Part shown: piece after piece, positions 22,021 to 35,000 of the stretch
Layout: each line of letters starts with the position of its first letter
How positions within the stretch are numbered: the stretch's first letter is position 1
NCBI GenBank assembly: GCA_000708835.1
Contig: DF237160.1
Location: forward strand, 77,264 to 141,263
Direction of reading: 5' to 3'
Origin: Klebsormidium nitens
Lineage: Eukaryota; Plantae; Klebsormidiophyceae
DNA length: 64,000 nt
The notes under the pieces: generated by a model
What the model was told of the DNA's origin: nothing
Seen by the model: the letters and a program-made list of their open reading frames with translations, nothing else
The model's database searches: none
Made by a program: the position numbers and the translations under genes

Positions 22021-24201
22021 ATGGCCTCTTCAGTTATGTCCCCTGCCGCCAGCCTCAGCGCTGGTGTCAATGCGCGCCTGGCCTCCAGCCGCACCGCTAG
22101 CACTTCTGCCCCGACCACTGCTCTCCTGACACCGTCTTCTTTCTTGGGATCTGCGCGCTTCTCTGCCGCCAAGAGCGGTGTCAGCAGGAGGAGTACGGGA
22201 GTGTGCAGAGCCGAGCAGAGCACGGTGAGGGGCAATGATGAGTTTCGATCGGTGTCCTTCATGGTGCCCTCGTGAAGTTTGCTGCGCGTTCATGGGTTTG
22301 GTCTTATCGGAGCAACTGCCTGTTGGGTCATGCAAATAGTGGGCAACTACAGATGGACTTTGGGACTGAGTCTAGCTAGAACGGTCTGGCTAGAATGGTC
22401 AGCAGATGAGTGAGGTCTGGCTAGAATGTTCAGCAGATGAATGAGGCTTTCATTGAAAACGTTTCTTCTCAAGCTCTTTCAAAGGAACTTATCGGAGTAT
22501 TAGATCCGTCGAAAAAGCTCAAGAAATGCTCAGAATGTTCATCATACAGATTCCACCTGCAGAGTCAAGGCCTGATGATTGTCAGTAGAGTCATGAACAA
22601 ATTGCCTTTCTCACATGAAGATTTGAGTCTCGGTATGCAAGACATTCATCCTTAATAGACCTGGCTCGGAAACGAAATACTTAGAGGTCGTGGTCTCTTC
22701 CACAGCCTGAGAAGGTGCGCGAGCAGATTCTTGAGAAGGTCGACCAGCATGACGCCAAGGAGCGTGAGAGCCCGGGCTTCGCCCCTGCTCCCGGCGTCTT
22801 CCCGCGCCCCGAGAGGTAAACTTCCTTCATAAGCTGCGAAAAATCAGCAAGCGAAAAATCAGCAAGAATATTGATCATGGAGAGAAATCAAGCAAAGACA
22901 TGAGTTGGTTGTCGCAGCCTCTGTGCCATCATTTGTAAGGTGCATCTGCAGATACCCTGATTGTGGATGTATGCTTGAGTCATATTGCGTCAGCCTGACA
23001 AATTTCCCACAAGCAGGTCCTTCTGCAACGATGAGAGATTCTGAAAGATGAACGACGATAATTTTCAATGGTAAAAGCTACCTGGATGCGTTGGGAAGGT
23101 TGAATCTGAAGAAAAGTTTTAAAGCGCACGCGAAGAAAAGGACAAGTTTGGTGGTGCTGAGATAGAGCACATGCACATGTTGCAGGGAGCGCCGCCCTGA
23201 GTTCGGTAACATCGAGTTTGGCAACCTGATGGCGTTCGACGGCCCTGGACCTGAGACGATCAACGGCAGACTGGCCATGCTGGGCATGGTGTACGCATTC
23301 TTCAACGAGCGTTTCACGGGTCTGCCCGTCGGCTCTCAGGTATATATCAATTGACAGCTCGATTGTACTTCTACATTGTATATGTTGTTACGTAGAGATT
23401 GTGATAGATTCTGCCTCTGCTTCTGAGGCAACTTCGCTCGACATAGAAACATCATCCAAGTTATCATACTTTGATGATGAAGTTTTTGTTTCAAGAGATT
23501 TCGTACTCTTGGCATCTTCAGATATTGGTAGAGTTGCCCATCAACTTGTTATACGTCTAACAAACTGCACGCTCGTTGTGGGTTATCTTTCATCGTCGAA
23601 CTTGTTCGTGCTACTACCTTCTCATGAGCTCGTTGTGATAGCTCTCATTTAACGATTGCGTCTTTGTTGTACAGGTTGCATTGGGACCCGGTCTGGCTGG
23701 TTTCATCTTCGTCGCTCAAGTGTTCACGTGGGCATCCCTTGTGCCTCTCGCCTCCGGACTGAGTCCTGACAGCGTCAGGGGTGGGCCGTTCGGCATCTTC
23801 CGCGCCAAGGCTGAGAGGTGGAACGGCAGGTATGGGAAAAGAATACTCTTCTGCCGCTCTTATCACTGTTCGTATTCACAAAGAAATGTTTGTGATGTGG
23901 TGCTTTCCAGAGCACAGGACTGGATGCTACCAAGTACCCCAGCAAGAAAAGCTCCGTGAACCTCACAATCTACACAACTTTGCCGTAAACCATTGTTGCA
24001 CCTAAAAATTTGCACATGAAATTTGGATCACCTTTGACTTCAATCTATCAATCACTCTTTACATCGAAGAATGAGGGATTCACATCAATAACCTACTGTC
24101 GCCTTGTCTTTTGCAGACTGGCCATGTTGGGCTTCACAGCCCTGCTTCTTACGGAGTTGTACACCCAGTCCCCCGTATTCCTTAGCTGGCCGTTCGCATG
24201 A
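22021..24201 (+). CDS. ELIP: Early light-induced protein (ELIP, LHC superfamily), 5 exons, chloroplast transit peptide
   Basis: Ser/Ala/Arg-rich transit peptide (22021-22224). Exons 22706-22815, 23186-23340 (MAFDGPGPETINGRLAMLG), about 23676-23829 (AERWNGR) and about 24117-24201 (LAMLGF). Two LHC ExxNGRLAM motifs with a middle helix are diagnostic of ELIP. Confidence 0.95.
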
Positions 24202-26210
24202 ACATTCCGCCAACTGCAGATTGTGAGAACAATTGACAACAATCGACAACATTGTAGAAGTTAGTATGTTATGGGTAGAGAGAAGAGTTAACTTTGGTTA
24301 AGAGTTAAAAGTTGACGGTTCTGCTGTGGAAAACATTTTGATTGTACATACTGAGTACATATTTCCACACCGTGTTTTCATTTGCACTGACAATCATTGT
24401 CAACACTCGACATTTGTTGACAATCCCACACTGTTCCTCGATCTGATGTGAATCTCACACTGTCCCTCAAATGTTGCAAACACGCGTACTGCATTAACGC
24501 TACTTAGATTCTTATGACTACAATTGAACTTTCTCAACATATTGAGATATCTGAAATCTGTTCTTTCTCATATTTTAAAGAATGGTTAAATCAGGGTAAA
24601 ACGTGCATACATATATGACGTTGGACGAAGGGATAGATGTTAATATTACACCTTTAGAAATTAACACCATTATAAACCGACGGTAAACAACCCACAGTAG
24701 CCAGCATACGGCATACACTGCCACATCGTCAACCTTGCCAAAGAAAATACGAGACAAATTTAGAAATTGCAAATGAACGTACACTAGATAGGTAAATATT
24801 GTTTTGTTCATCAATGATAATAGTTGCAATCTACTCTCGACCCTAGACTTTCCCAATACTATAATACTCCATGTCCGTTTGAAAGGAATTTAAAAACAAC
24901 GATGTATCATGATATGTGCACATTATTGTAAATAATTGCAAAAAGTCGCCGGTTTTCAGTGTACAAGGTCAATGTCTGGCAACGCAACCGACTTTACACT
25001 TATCAGGCGTAGATATGCTTTCTTTATATACCGGCGTCGACCAATCTAGTGCACGAGAAAACTCAACATCCAGCTCTTGATCGGAAGACATAACAGTACA
25101 GAAGATAATTGCAACCAAACGTCAGCGTCAACAGCACGTTGTAAACAGGAACGGTTTGTGGAGCGCTTACAAACTTGCTACCTGCTGCTGAAAAAACTTC
25201 AGGCTCGCCAGCTCGCAAGCACAACTGGAACGAAACTCTGTCAAAGCGAGGGCCACGGCTGAAACCAATGACCCAGTTATTGAAATTTGAATGCTGTCTT
25301 ACGGCAGTGGCTGCGCGCGCGCTTACTTGCGCACATAGCTCACCTAGCGTGGATCGGTATCGGGTGTGTACCTTGTGGGGCGCATTCTGACACTCTGGGA
25401 GTCTGGGTACCGGGTTTTGCCAGCTGGCTATTGAAAATGGTACCAGGTACCCAAAGCCGCAGCAGGCGCAGGTATGTACCAAGTGCACCGTACCGGCCCC
25501 CGGGTGACCGTTCGCATCCACCTCCCCCAGAACCATGCCTGGCTAGAAACCGCCACCGAGGCATACCGTACGGGGTACCGTCGAAAGGGATCACGGGGTT
25601 TACGAAACATACGGTACATACCGTAAGCGGACCCATCTCAACAGTTGACAGCTGGCACTGGGCAGACATTCGGGGCGCAAACATTTCAAATCTAGAGTGC
25701 CGTTTGCAATTATGGATTATTCGACGGCGATACATACGAAGTCTACGGAGGGGGCGTCATGACATTGGTTCTGAGTTGCACATCGAAAGAGCTTTGCACG
25801 AGTGGCGGGAAACGGCTTGCTAGAAAGACAGCGCACAGGCAGGGGAGTGCATTCACGCGATTCAACTTTCAAGGCGTGCGGTGAAGCTTCGTTCTTGCTT
25901 GAGCTTTAGAAACATCCTCTACGAATTGCTGCTCAAGGCGCTCCCTGCGAGATCCGAAAGCATTCCCGAAACGCATGCCTGCCGCAGGTGCGTTTCCCTT
26001 GGTCGTTGACAAAGGGTAGTTGTACTTTTCGTAGCCTGTCCTTCCTTCCAGACCCTCCTGGATCTACTCCATTTTCCAAAGGGAGTCAAGGGCTTATAAG
26101 TCCATATGCGTTCTCCATAGCAGGGAACACATAAGCACGCACAACAGCTGATAAGCTGACAGACCCCCAGCATAGATCCGCTCACGCCGGTGGTAAAGCT
26201 GCGGCTCCGC

Positions 26211-27629
26211 ATGCCAGATGGCCGTATGTCTCGCTCTCTGGGCTCCCCAATGGCCCGCTACTCCAAGCGCCCCCGGCGCTCCAACCTGCGCCTCTGTCTG
26301 CTTGCATGCCTTGCGGCATCGCTGGTCATTTACTTCTTCTCTGCATGGCTGGTGGCTTTCCTCCGCTCTCCTCTGAGGAGGACTCCCCCCCCAACGGATT
26401 GCGCGCCAGAGAGGGATGGCTTTTCTGTGGAGCAGGGGGCCGTATGCAATCGGGACTGCGCGGGGGTGTGCTTTCCGCGCGTCAGGGGGCTGTGCATAAG
26501 CAGGGAGCGGGTGACGATATGTGGGGAGCAGCCGCCGATAAGCGACTGGGTCGCGGCTGCCGGGGGCGTGATGCCAAGTGAGATGCTGTTCACACGGGAG
26601 CGGCCCAGGACCAAAGTGCCTGTGGTCAGGGGAGAGTGTCCCCCCATGCAAGGGGAGGGAGCAAGCGCATTGCAAAAGGGGGGCCAGTCTGAGCTGGCGC
26701 AAGGCGAGAGCAACGCACGCTGGATCCGTGGGACGCAGTTCCTGACGGATTTGAAACAGCTGCCGGTAGGGAAGGAGGGCGTGGGGCCAAACCCGCACCA
26801 CGAGGCCGAAAAGGTCATCCCTGCTGTCCTTTTGAACCAGCGGTACGGTCTCGGGAATTCGACGCTGTACTGGTTTGCGGACCCATCCACAATCTCGGCC
26901 TTCACGCTGGGGCTGTTGGAAGCGTTCCCGGGGCTGGGGGTTGAGTACCTCAGGTTCCCAGAGGAGGGTGACCCCCCCATTTGTTTTGAGGATGCGGTCG
27001 TCTTCTCGGGGATCACGAGCGCGCGCTACATGCCGGGGAAGGCGGCGAATGATTGGCTGCGGGACGAGGTTTTGGGCCACTGCGGAATCGAGGCGCGGCG
27101 CGCGAGCCGCCCCGTGCAGGACGTCGTTTTGCTGAGGAGAGAAAACTCGCGGTCAATTGCCAACTACTTGTCGGTCGAGGTGATGCTCGCGCGCTCGCTG
27201 CGTGCGCCGGTGCGCACGATCATCAGCGGGCAGGGCGACTTTTGCCAGCAGGTGCGGCCGGTGGCCGAGGCCGACTTTCTGATCACGCCGCACGGGAGCC
27301 AGAACACGGGGTTCGTTTTCGCGCGGCCCGGCGCGGTGGTGCTCGAGGTGTTTCCGCTGTACTACTACATTGACTTTTTCCGGAACTACATTCACGCGGC
27401 GAGCTTGGAGCACTATGAGATGTGGGGCACGTGGGGGAGCGGGCGGCGCATGCCGTGGCTAATGCGGTTGTACGGGGTGCTGTTAGGGTGGGAGTATTGC
27501 TATGCGGTCACGCCGTGCATGAACTACAGCAAGGGGCAGAGTGTGTATGTGGACCTTGAGCAACTTGAGTGGCTGCTGAAAAGGCTGCCGCGGTCCTACA
27601 AGAACGGGTATAACGTCACCTTGGACTGA
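26211..27629 (+). CDS. Intronless type II membrane glycosyltransferase, GT61/DUF563-like
   Basis: 479-codon ORF with N-terminal basic stretch and TM (LCLLACLAASLVIYFFSAWLVAFL). C-terminal VVLLRRENSRSIAN...Q.....EADFLITPHGSQNTGFVFARPGAVVLEVFP matches the GT61 'HGA-L-N-hF--PG--VhEh-P' signature. Confidence 0.8.
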   Translation: MPDGRMSRSLGSPMARYSKRPRRSNLRLCLLACLAASLVIYFFSAWLVAFLRSPLRRTPPPTDCAPERDGFSVEQGAVCNRDCAGVCFPRVRGLCISRERVTICGEQPPISDWVAAAGGVMPSEMLFTRERPRTKVPVVRGECPPMQGEGASALQKGGQSELAQGESNARWIRGTQFLTDLKQLPVGKEGVGPNPHHEAEKVIPAVLLNQRYGLGNSTLYWFADPSTISAFTLGLLEAFPGLGVEYLRFPEEGDPPICFEDAVVFSGITSARYMPGKAANDWLRDEVLGHCGIEARRASRPVQDVVLLRRENSRSIANYLSVEVMLARSLRAPVRTIISGQGDFCQQVRPVAEADFLITPHGSQNTGFVFARPGAVVLEVFPLYYYIDFFRNYIHAASLEHYEMWGTWGSGRRMPWLMRLYGVLLGWEYCYAVTPCMNYSKGQSVYVDLEQLEWLLKRLPRSYKNGYNVTLD

Positions 27630-29072
27630 TCGCAGATTTTGGTCGGACCCAAATGAACACGCATTTTTGGCTTTAGCTAGCGAGAGTGTTGTCGGGTTTC
27701 ATTGTCTTATCGTCTCTCCACTCTGCAAATAAAACCATCAATCTGCCTGCCTGATGTGTCGGCATAAGAGGCCTATTTCAATGGGCCGTGAGAAGGAAGA
27801 ATGTGGGTTCCATTGCATCTTGATGCAAGCAGTTCTTCGTCGAGCTTCTCAGATCTTCAAAGTGTTGGCATGTGCAAGCAGGCATGAAAATCTGACCGTG
27901 CCCGCGGCCCAAAACACGCTGATGAAGCACGACTCCGCCTTAGAAACATAGGCCCATTCGTGCATCTGCAATCACCTCAACCTGGCCGCTGGGCATGTAT
28001 GAACCTCAATCTTCAATCTCCGGCCGGCTACATGCACCTCAACAAATCGATTAGTCACGGTGCTGCAATGCCAGGTGCATGCAGTGCAAAAGGTAAAACA
28101 TATTTGCTTCAGTGAATCAGTGGTAATGTACGTATGAGTCTGCACGGGCCCGAGGCGCACTGCACGCAGCTCGCCAATCTGTTGCATGCCGCGCGGCTTG
28201 AGTTTGCCGTACGTAACTCATACAGGATAGTAGACATGTATCTCAGGCCAGCGCGCTGGCAGTTATCATGAGCCCAGCTAGGGCTGTCATGACATACTCG
28301 TCGCAGGCTGACTTGCATGACTTAATTCCCGATCATACCGGACCGTCATTGGTAATTAGTAAGGCCTGGGCGACCGGGTATGCAGCGCTATGCAGCCCAC
28401 GCATTTGCAAAGACCATGTTCAAGCTGCATGCATATGATACAACTTTAGCCGATCAACAATTAGCTAGACGCGGTCACGGATAGCTAGAAGGCATCATGG
28501 CCGCGCAAGGCATGATATATAAAGGCTGCCGCCGCGTATAGGATGTGCAAAACCGCGGGTGGGCGGCCGTTTGTCAACATGCTGCAATCCACAAGCAGCC
28601 TTTCCTCATACTGGCAGAATCAAGTTGGCGTATCATACCGTATGCGGACTTGAATTTGTGCCAGGATTGAAACTGAAATCGGTGTAGACAATGCTTCACC
28701 GATCAAGCCTGATATTTCCCTAGGCATTGCTATGTAGAGTAGACCTGCACATATCATACACGTGCACAACCTGCCGTTGGCTCCAGCGCGCTCCAGCTCC
28801 CACAAGTGCACGAGCACCTACCTACAGCCTCCCAGAGAAGTAGAATCCTAGAGGTACTTTGCATGTCGGAAGTTTATAGCCAGGTCGCGGGCAAGCATCC
28901 GCAACTCCAGGGGCCCGTCATTGCCCTCTTGTTATCTAAAAAATGTAGGCAACGCAGCAGCATCTGCCGACCTTAACATACCCCTAACTGAATATTGGGT
29001 CTTCGCAAGGACTTGATGAGCCCGCACTAGTTTTCCTGAACGCAATCCGCTGATCAAAGACCACTGGTTGTC

Positions 29073-32000
29073 TCACGTTCCCCCTTGTTGGAGCCCGTGA
29101 AGCTTGGACTTTAACCTGAACACGTCCTTCTTGAGCAACTCCTCCCTCTCCTGCAGGAAAGCAGCACGTCCATGTAAAGGACAATACGAAAGTGCGAAGA
29201 CTCCGACGTCAAGATGGAACCTCAGAGCACGTATGCACCTTAACGAGAAATCTGAATACCCCAGCAAGAGATTTGGAGAATGTTCGTAAAGCGCAAGGAT
29301 CACAAGTAGAAGTGCGAACAGGGGCAGGAAAGGCTGATGGTTACGGCCGCAAAGTACCACACTTGCACGTTGGCGAGATTACTTGCATGTGTTGCTGTTC
29401 CCTATATTCAGCGAAGAAAAATCAACCCGAGATGAGAAGTGGACAACAAGCTTTCAAGGCAGCCGGGGATGCAGCTATTCGCACCTTGGCCTCCTTCTCC
29501 TTGCTGCTTATATCTGCCTTCAAGGCAGCGACCTCCTTCTCGAGCGCTGCTAGCTCCCGCTTTGTCTTCTTGCTCTCCACTTCGGCTGCGTGACTAAGGG
29601 TTTCACACCGCTTTGTCAGCATCTGCGGAACAGCAGCAAGATGTTTCTGACTTCGCAGACAGACGAGAAAAAAGTGATAGTCGAATGCTCCTTCAGCAAA
29701 GCGTATGCAGTTCCAAGAAGCTGCAGCGTCCGAAAGGGACAAAAGTGAACGCGTCTACTCAGGGTAGGGCATTCTCGGTGATCAATGGGCTGTCGGGCAG
29801 TCAGGTTGTAAGGCGGATAGAAGCAGACACAACGAAGGAGACGCAGTCAATCACAAGCAGCAGTTGATCATATGGAGCGAGCCTTAGGAGAAGCTGGAAG
29901 GCGAAAATGTGCCAGAGAATCTGAGCGAGTCAGGGATCTGCCAAATGCCGTCCTGTTATAGACGCATCAGAACAGGCTTCAGCCAATCTGACTGAGAAAA
30001 CTACAGGGGAGTCCGGCCCCAGACACAAGAGCGCATACAAGGATTTGGAAATCCGTTTGAGCCCACCTCCTTCGTGAAATACATACACAATCTCGTAGAG
30101 GTCAAAGACGATAGTGCCCCTGACAATGCAGCTGCGGCGTTGCGCACCTTGGAGAGTCATTGACTTTCACACAGAGTGAACACCTACCAACAACCGTGCC
30201 CCCGAAACGATAGCCGCGGCCCCGCTCTGTTGAGCCCAACCATCTCAGTCATCAAAAACCTCACGACTTCTTTTCCGCTTCCGGGGTGTCCTCATCCGAC
30301 GAACGTGATGGGTTCCTACTTGATTCAATTCTACTTGATTCGTATTCACTCAATCCGCGATTGACAAGATCCGCGCACCTCGATAGCGTCCTCCTTGTCG
30401 AGCAGCACCTGCTCCTGGTCCGCCTTGGCCTTGCGCAGCTGCACCACCTCCTTCTGCAGCATGTCGTAAAACACGCCCGCCACCATTTCCTGCTCGCCGT
30501 CCGCCGACTCCGACAACGCGGCGCCGTCCTCGGACGGTGCAGCCTCCGCGGCCGGGGCGCCGTTCTCGGTAACGCTGGTGCGGGGGGAACTAGGGGCGGT
30601 GGAATGCGTGCTGGCGGTGAGGCCGGACGGGCCCGCGGAGAGGCGGCGGATGAGGGCCCGCCCTTGGGGACTGACCTGTGGGTTTCGGGTTTGGGTCGGG
30701 TTAGGTCTAAGGTGCCGAGTCGACCGAACTGGGTGAGCGCTCAATTCCGGTCATCGAACCAACGGGACCGCTTCAATCAATCACGTGGTAAACAAGTACA
30801 GACCTGGTACAGGGTTTTAGCTGGAGCTATGGTTTACAAAAGCTGTACGCAGACCGGAGATGCGAAGCTGGCGAGCCTGGCAATTTTCGGTCGACACGGA
30901 CCCTAAACGTTGAGTTGCATCCAACCAACGGGCGCAGAGAGATTCTCGTGTACGTTTCTGTTCAGTCCTATCACCATCACTACCTAAGCGTCGGCTTATT
31001 TCAAAGTAAAGAACGCTGAACGAAGGGTTGACATGCTTCACACCCCTACCGTTGTGGAGCATCTGTACCAAACAATCGAATCACCACACCTACTCCACTC
31101 GGTTCCTGGGCAGTAATCCAATCTCGACGGGAGGCCATTCATAGAAGAGTCGATAAGTATGGCTGACCTTGAGGCCGTCTTCGATGACCCGCAGCCGCTG
31201 TTGGATGCGGTCCTTCTTCTGGGCCTCGCTGCGGGTGGCCTTGAGCGCTTGCTCGAGCTTGTCCTGCACGCGGGGGACTCGGCAAATCAGCAGTTTGCGG
31301 ACACACTGGAGTATTCTAAAGTATACGCTGACATGTATACGCTGACATGATGAGAAAAAGTCCGTTTTGGTTGACTGACAGTTGCAGGCGATTATGAGCG
31401 CTTGCTCGAGCTTGTCCTGCACGAAAGGAGGGGAGCACGGGTCGGCGGCTCATCGGTAAAATGGAGACGTTTGGAGAACGCAAATGATCACGTGATGAGG
31501 AGTCTGTGTCAGCTTTGAATGACTGACAGTTGCAGGAAGATCTAGAGCGCTCTAGCCTCTCATGCCCGCTGCTGGGGTCTCTGAGATCAGCAGTTATGTG
31601 AAGAAGCTGAAGGAACGCACGTCCTGTCGTATCGGCTTTCTTTGATTGAGTATTGCTGGGGCGAGGTAGAATTTGCCGCAGGATTCGCGGAGTCCGTGAA
31701 TCAGGACGTCAGGAGAACTTCGCTAGACTGCGGAAGAAGCACTTGGGGTCCTTCCACAGTCTTCCATGCAGGATGAAATTGTTGTTGTTGTTGAAAGAGC
31801 TTCCGCTTGTCTAAAAGCGACTGGCTATCGGCTCCTGATCAAACGAACATCGGTATAGCTCGGATTAGGGAGAAACAATCCTTACCAAACCGGATCATAT
31901 AACCGATTACCACAACGAATTCTGACTACGTTAGTCTGATGCAACCCAGACACCTTACCTGCATTTGTTTCATCTCCCCTTGCAGATACTTCCGCTCCTC

Positions 32001-35000
32001 CACCCACTGCTTAACAGGGATGACTTTGTCACTGTCCTCCTTCCATTCCGAGGCCGCAGCTACCGCCACCCGGTTCACGCTCACTCTGCTTCGGGCCAGC
32101 TCCAACTCTAACAGCTGGTAGTCCTTCTGCACAGCGCACAACCAAAGACTGATGGTCAGCAAAAGTGCTTCAAGGCCTTTCTCGAATTCCTTCGAAAAAG
32201 GAATACTGCTGATCCGCAAAACATCAGAAGACGCTTTCAAGGCCTTTCTTGACTCCCTTTGAAACCAGATTGCAAGCAGATACTGATGATGACTAATGGA
32301 CGAAAAACTGCTCAACGCCTTTATTGAATAGCGTACCATTCCAACACCACATACTGACGCTCAAAAGACTAAGAAATGATTCAAGACCGTTTTCCGAACC
32401 CGTTCAGATCCCCAATTGGTTCCCTCCGAATCCGGAAAATCACCCGAAGATTGTTGACTGGAAAGATAGCGAGATGGAGAAAGGGAAGCGTTCGCAGGAC
32501 GGCTATATTTTCAAAACTTTGCCCGAACCACACCCCAAACCAGAACCCCTTGGAGACTGTCGGCGCTTTCAAGTACCTACACTGCATGGATAATAATGCT
32601 CGGGGGTTGAGCTCACCTGAAGCTTGGCAAAGGAGTTCCTCGCTTCCAGCAGCAAGTTCGTCGTTTCGCCTGCCTTTGTGAGCGATTCTTTCAAGGCCAC
32701 AATCTGGTCTGTCAGCTTTGCAATGTCGGCGCTTTTGTCTCGGGTCTGCTTCGTGAGCAAAGTCACTTCCTCCTGCAAGACGGCCGGCACATCAGCTGAA
32801 GCGAAGCGGAACAGAACAACAAAGAAAAAGTGTCATCATGTGACAATTTGTCACCTAACTACGTAGTCAGAACTTTGCCAGAAACTGCAGACAGGGAAAT
32901 CGAGAATGTGACTAATGTGTTGCAGATTTCAGCCCCTGGCTGCCAGAAGTCACTAATGAACATAAGCTCTGAACGTGTCCGAAATTCCTAGTCTTGGTCC
33001 TGCAACATCTGGACTAGCCAACATTCGAGGAACACTCAGTATCAATTTCGCAGTCTCCCCGAGCTGTGCTGATTCGTATTCAACAGTTGCTTACTGCCTG
33101 TCGGCACACAAGTCGCAGCCTGGATGGTTCATTGAGGATACATGAAGTCAACCTGAGAAAACTGCCTGCTAGCCCGATCTATGCTTGGGGAAAGTCACAT
33201 TCAAGAAGTACCGACTTACCTCCTTAGTTCCCAGCTCTTTGCTCAGAGCCTGATTCTCATTCCGCAGCGTCTCCACATTGGCGCACTCTTCCTTCATATC
33301 ATTCACTTTCTTGTCGGCATCCACGAGGGCCGTCTCCTTGACCTTCAGCATCCGTTCTGTCGCCTTCGCATTCTCCAGCAGCTTGTCGATCTACATCAAG
33401 GTTCCACCAAGGTTTAGGAAAGCAGCACAAGGTTGGCTACCAACTTTGGCACAATCGGGCGTGACTTGAGACGGTGGTAAACCTGCAGCCGCAATGATAA
33501 GGGGGAACTCAGAACAGAGCTCCTTGGTAAGAAGCCTCAGATGCCAAAAAGTACTGCAATCAGGGACTTCGCCCTATCTTGTGAGGACAAGGTAGTTTGC
33601 CTCCTTACTTCTTTGTTTTTTAGCTTGATCTCTGCTTCAAGCGGCGCAATGATCTGTTCTAGTTGCGGCAGTGTGGGGTCCTTCTGTGAGGCGTATATTC
33701 GTCTGAGCGTCAACTCGGCTGCGTTCTTGCTGGAGACGGCTGCAGTCTTCTCGTCAAAGGTCTTCTTCAGCTCCAAGGCCTGAATCACCAACGACACATA
33801 ATTACAAGCGTCAGCAGAAAGTCGCGGATTAACATCCTGCAAAGCAGATGTCTTCAAACTTCATCAGAAACAATAATTGTAGAGATCTGGGCTGCATTTC
33901 CAGAAGCAGCCAGGCTCAAGTGCAGACTTACCATGGTGCAAAAGTAAAGCTGACTAAGAGCTGAAGTTAGCTCAATGCTTCAATAAGCCATTCCATCATT
34001 CTGCTAGTCTGTCAAACCCGACCTCGATTTTGCACTTACCTTCCCCTCAAGCTGCTTTTCCAATTGCATCACCCTCTCCTTCAATTGCTCATTCTCTTCG
34101 ATGAACTGCACACAGTTGGGAACAGCGTCCAGAATGGAATCGTAGATGCAATCAATCATGGTGCATTTGCCCAGCGGCTCCCAGAAGGTGAATCCATACA
34201 AGACCTTTCAAGCGAAGAAGGAACACAGACCCCACGAGCACTGCAAGACTCTCTCACAAGTAGTCTAGCTAGCGGAAGCCAGCTCTGAATCTTTTCCATT
34301 GCACCCACCTTGGCTGCAGCCTTGTCCTTTGCAATGTGTGATAGCTTCAAGCCCCTTATCTCCTCCGCATTCTTCGCCAACTCAACATCCCTGCCTGCAA
34401 ATAACAAAGGGTAAAATGAGGTGCACTTCCATTTCAATTACCACTTCCCTTTCCAGCGCAGGCAAACACTTTCTCAGACTCGCCAGGCCTTTGCTAGAAG
34501 GGGCAGACAAGGGCTTTCAGCCTCTTTTTGAAGCACATTGACCAATTTACCCTCCTTAAAAGTGCATAGCACAACCAGCAAATCAAAACCATCAACAGAC
34601 AAAACCAAAGATGTTATTGGGGGAACAGCCATCGATTTTCAAGAAAACAACAACAGAGCTGCCAATAACATGCTCGTTTTGCACACAAATTCCAAGCACC
34701 GGAAAGCCAAGACTTAGAAAGTCAATTTCTTACTTCCAATTTCGTTTTCCAGTCTGGCAAGCTCTTGTCCCAGGGGATCTTTCAGAGATACAGATGTTCG
34801 GGGTGTTCCGGGAGTCTTTGGAGTTGCACTCCCAGGTGTCCTTGGGATGCTCGGGCTTTTGGCTGGCCCATTCGCAGCCTTGGCATCCCCATTCGTCTTG
34901 ACTGGTGTTGTTAACCCTGAGGATGACCTCCTTGTGAGCATACTGGGGACGTTGAACTCCTTTGTGTAGTTTGTTTTTCCACTCAGATCCTTAGGTTCCC

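Noticed and set aside
26094-27080. 328-aa and 228-aa minus-strand ORFs
   Set aside because: They overlap the GT61 CDS on the opposite strand, as expected from GC3-biased codons.
27950-28900. CATG/GCATGC/CTAG-rich intergenic blocks (also 47870-48480 and 54380-54900) as a shared element
   Set aside because: No alignable sequence, TIR or TSD could be established between the blocks by eye.
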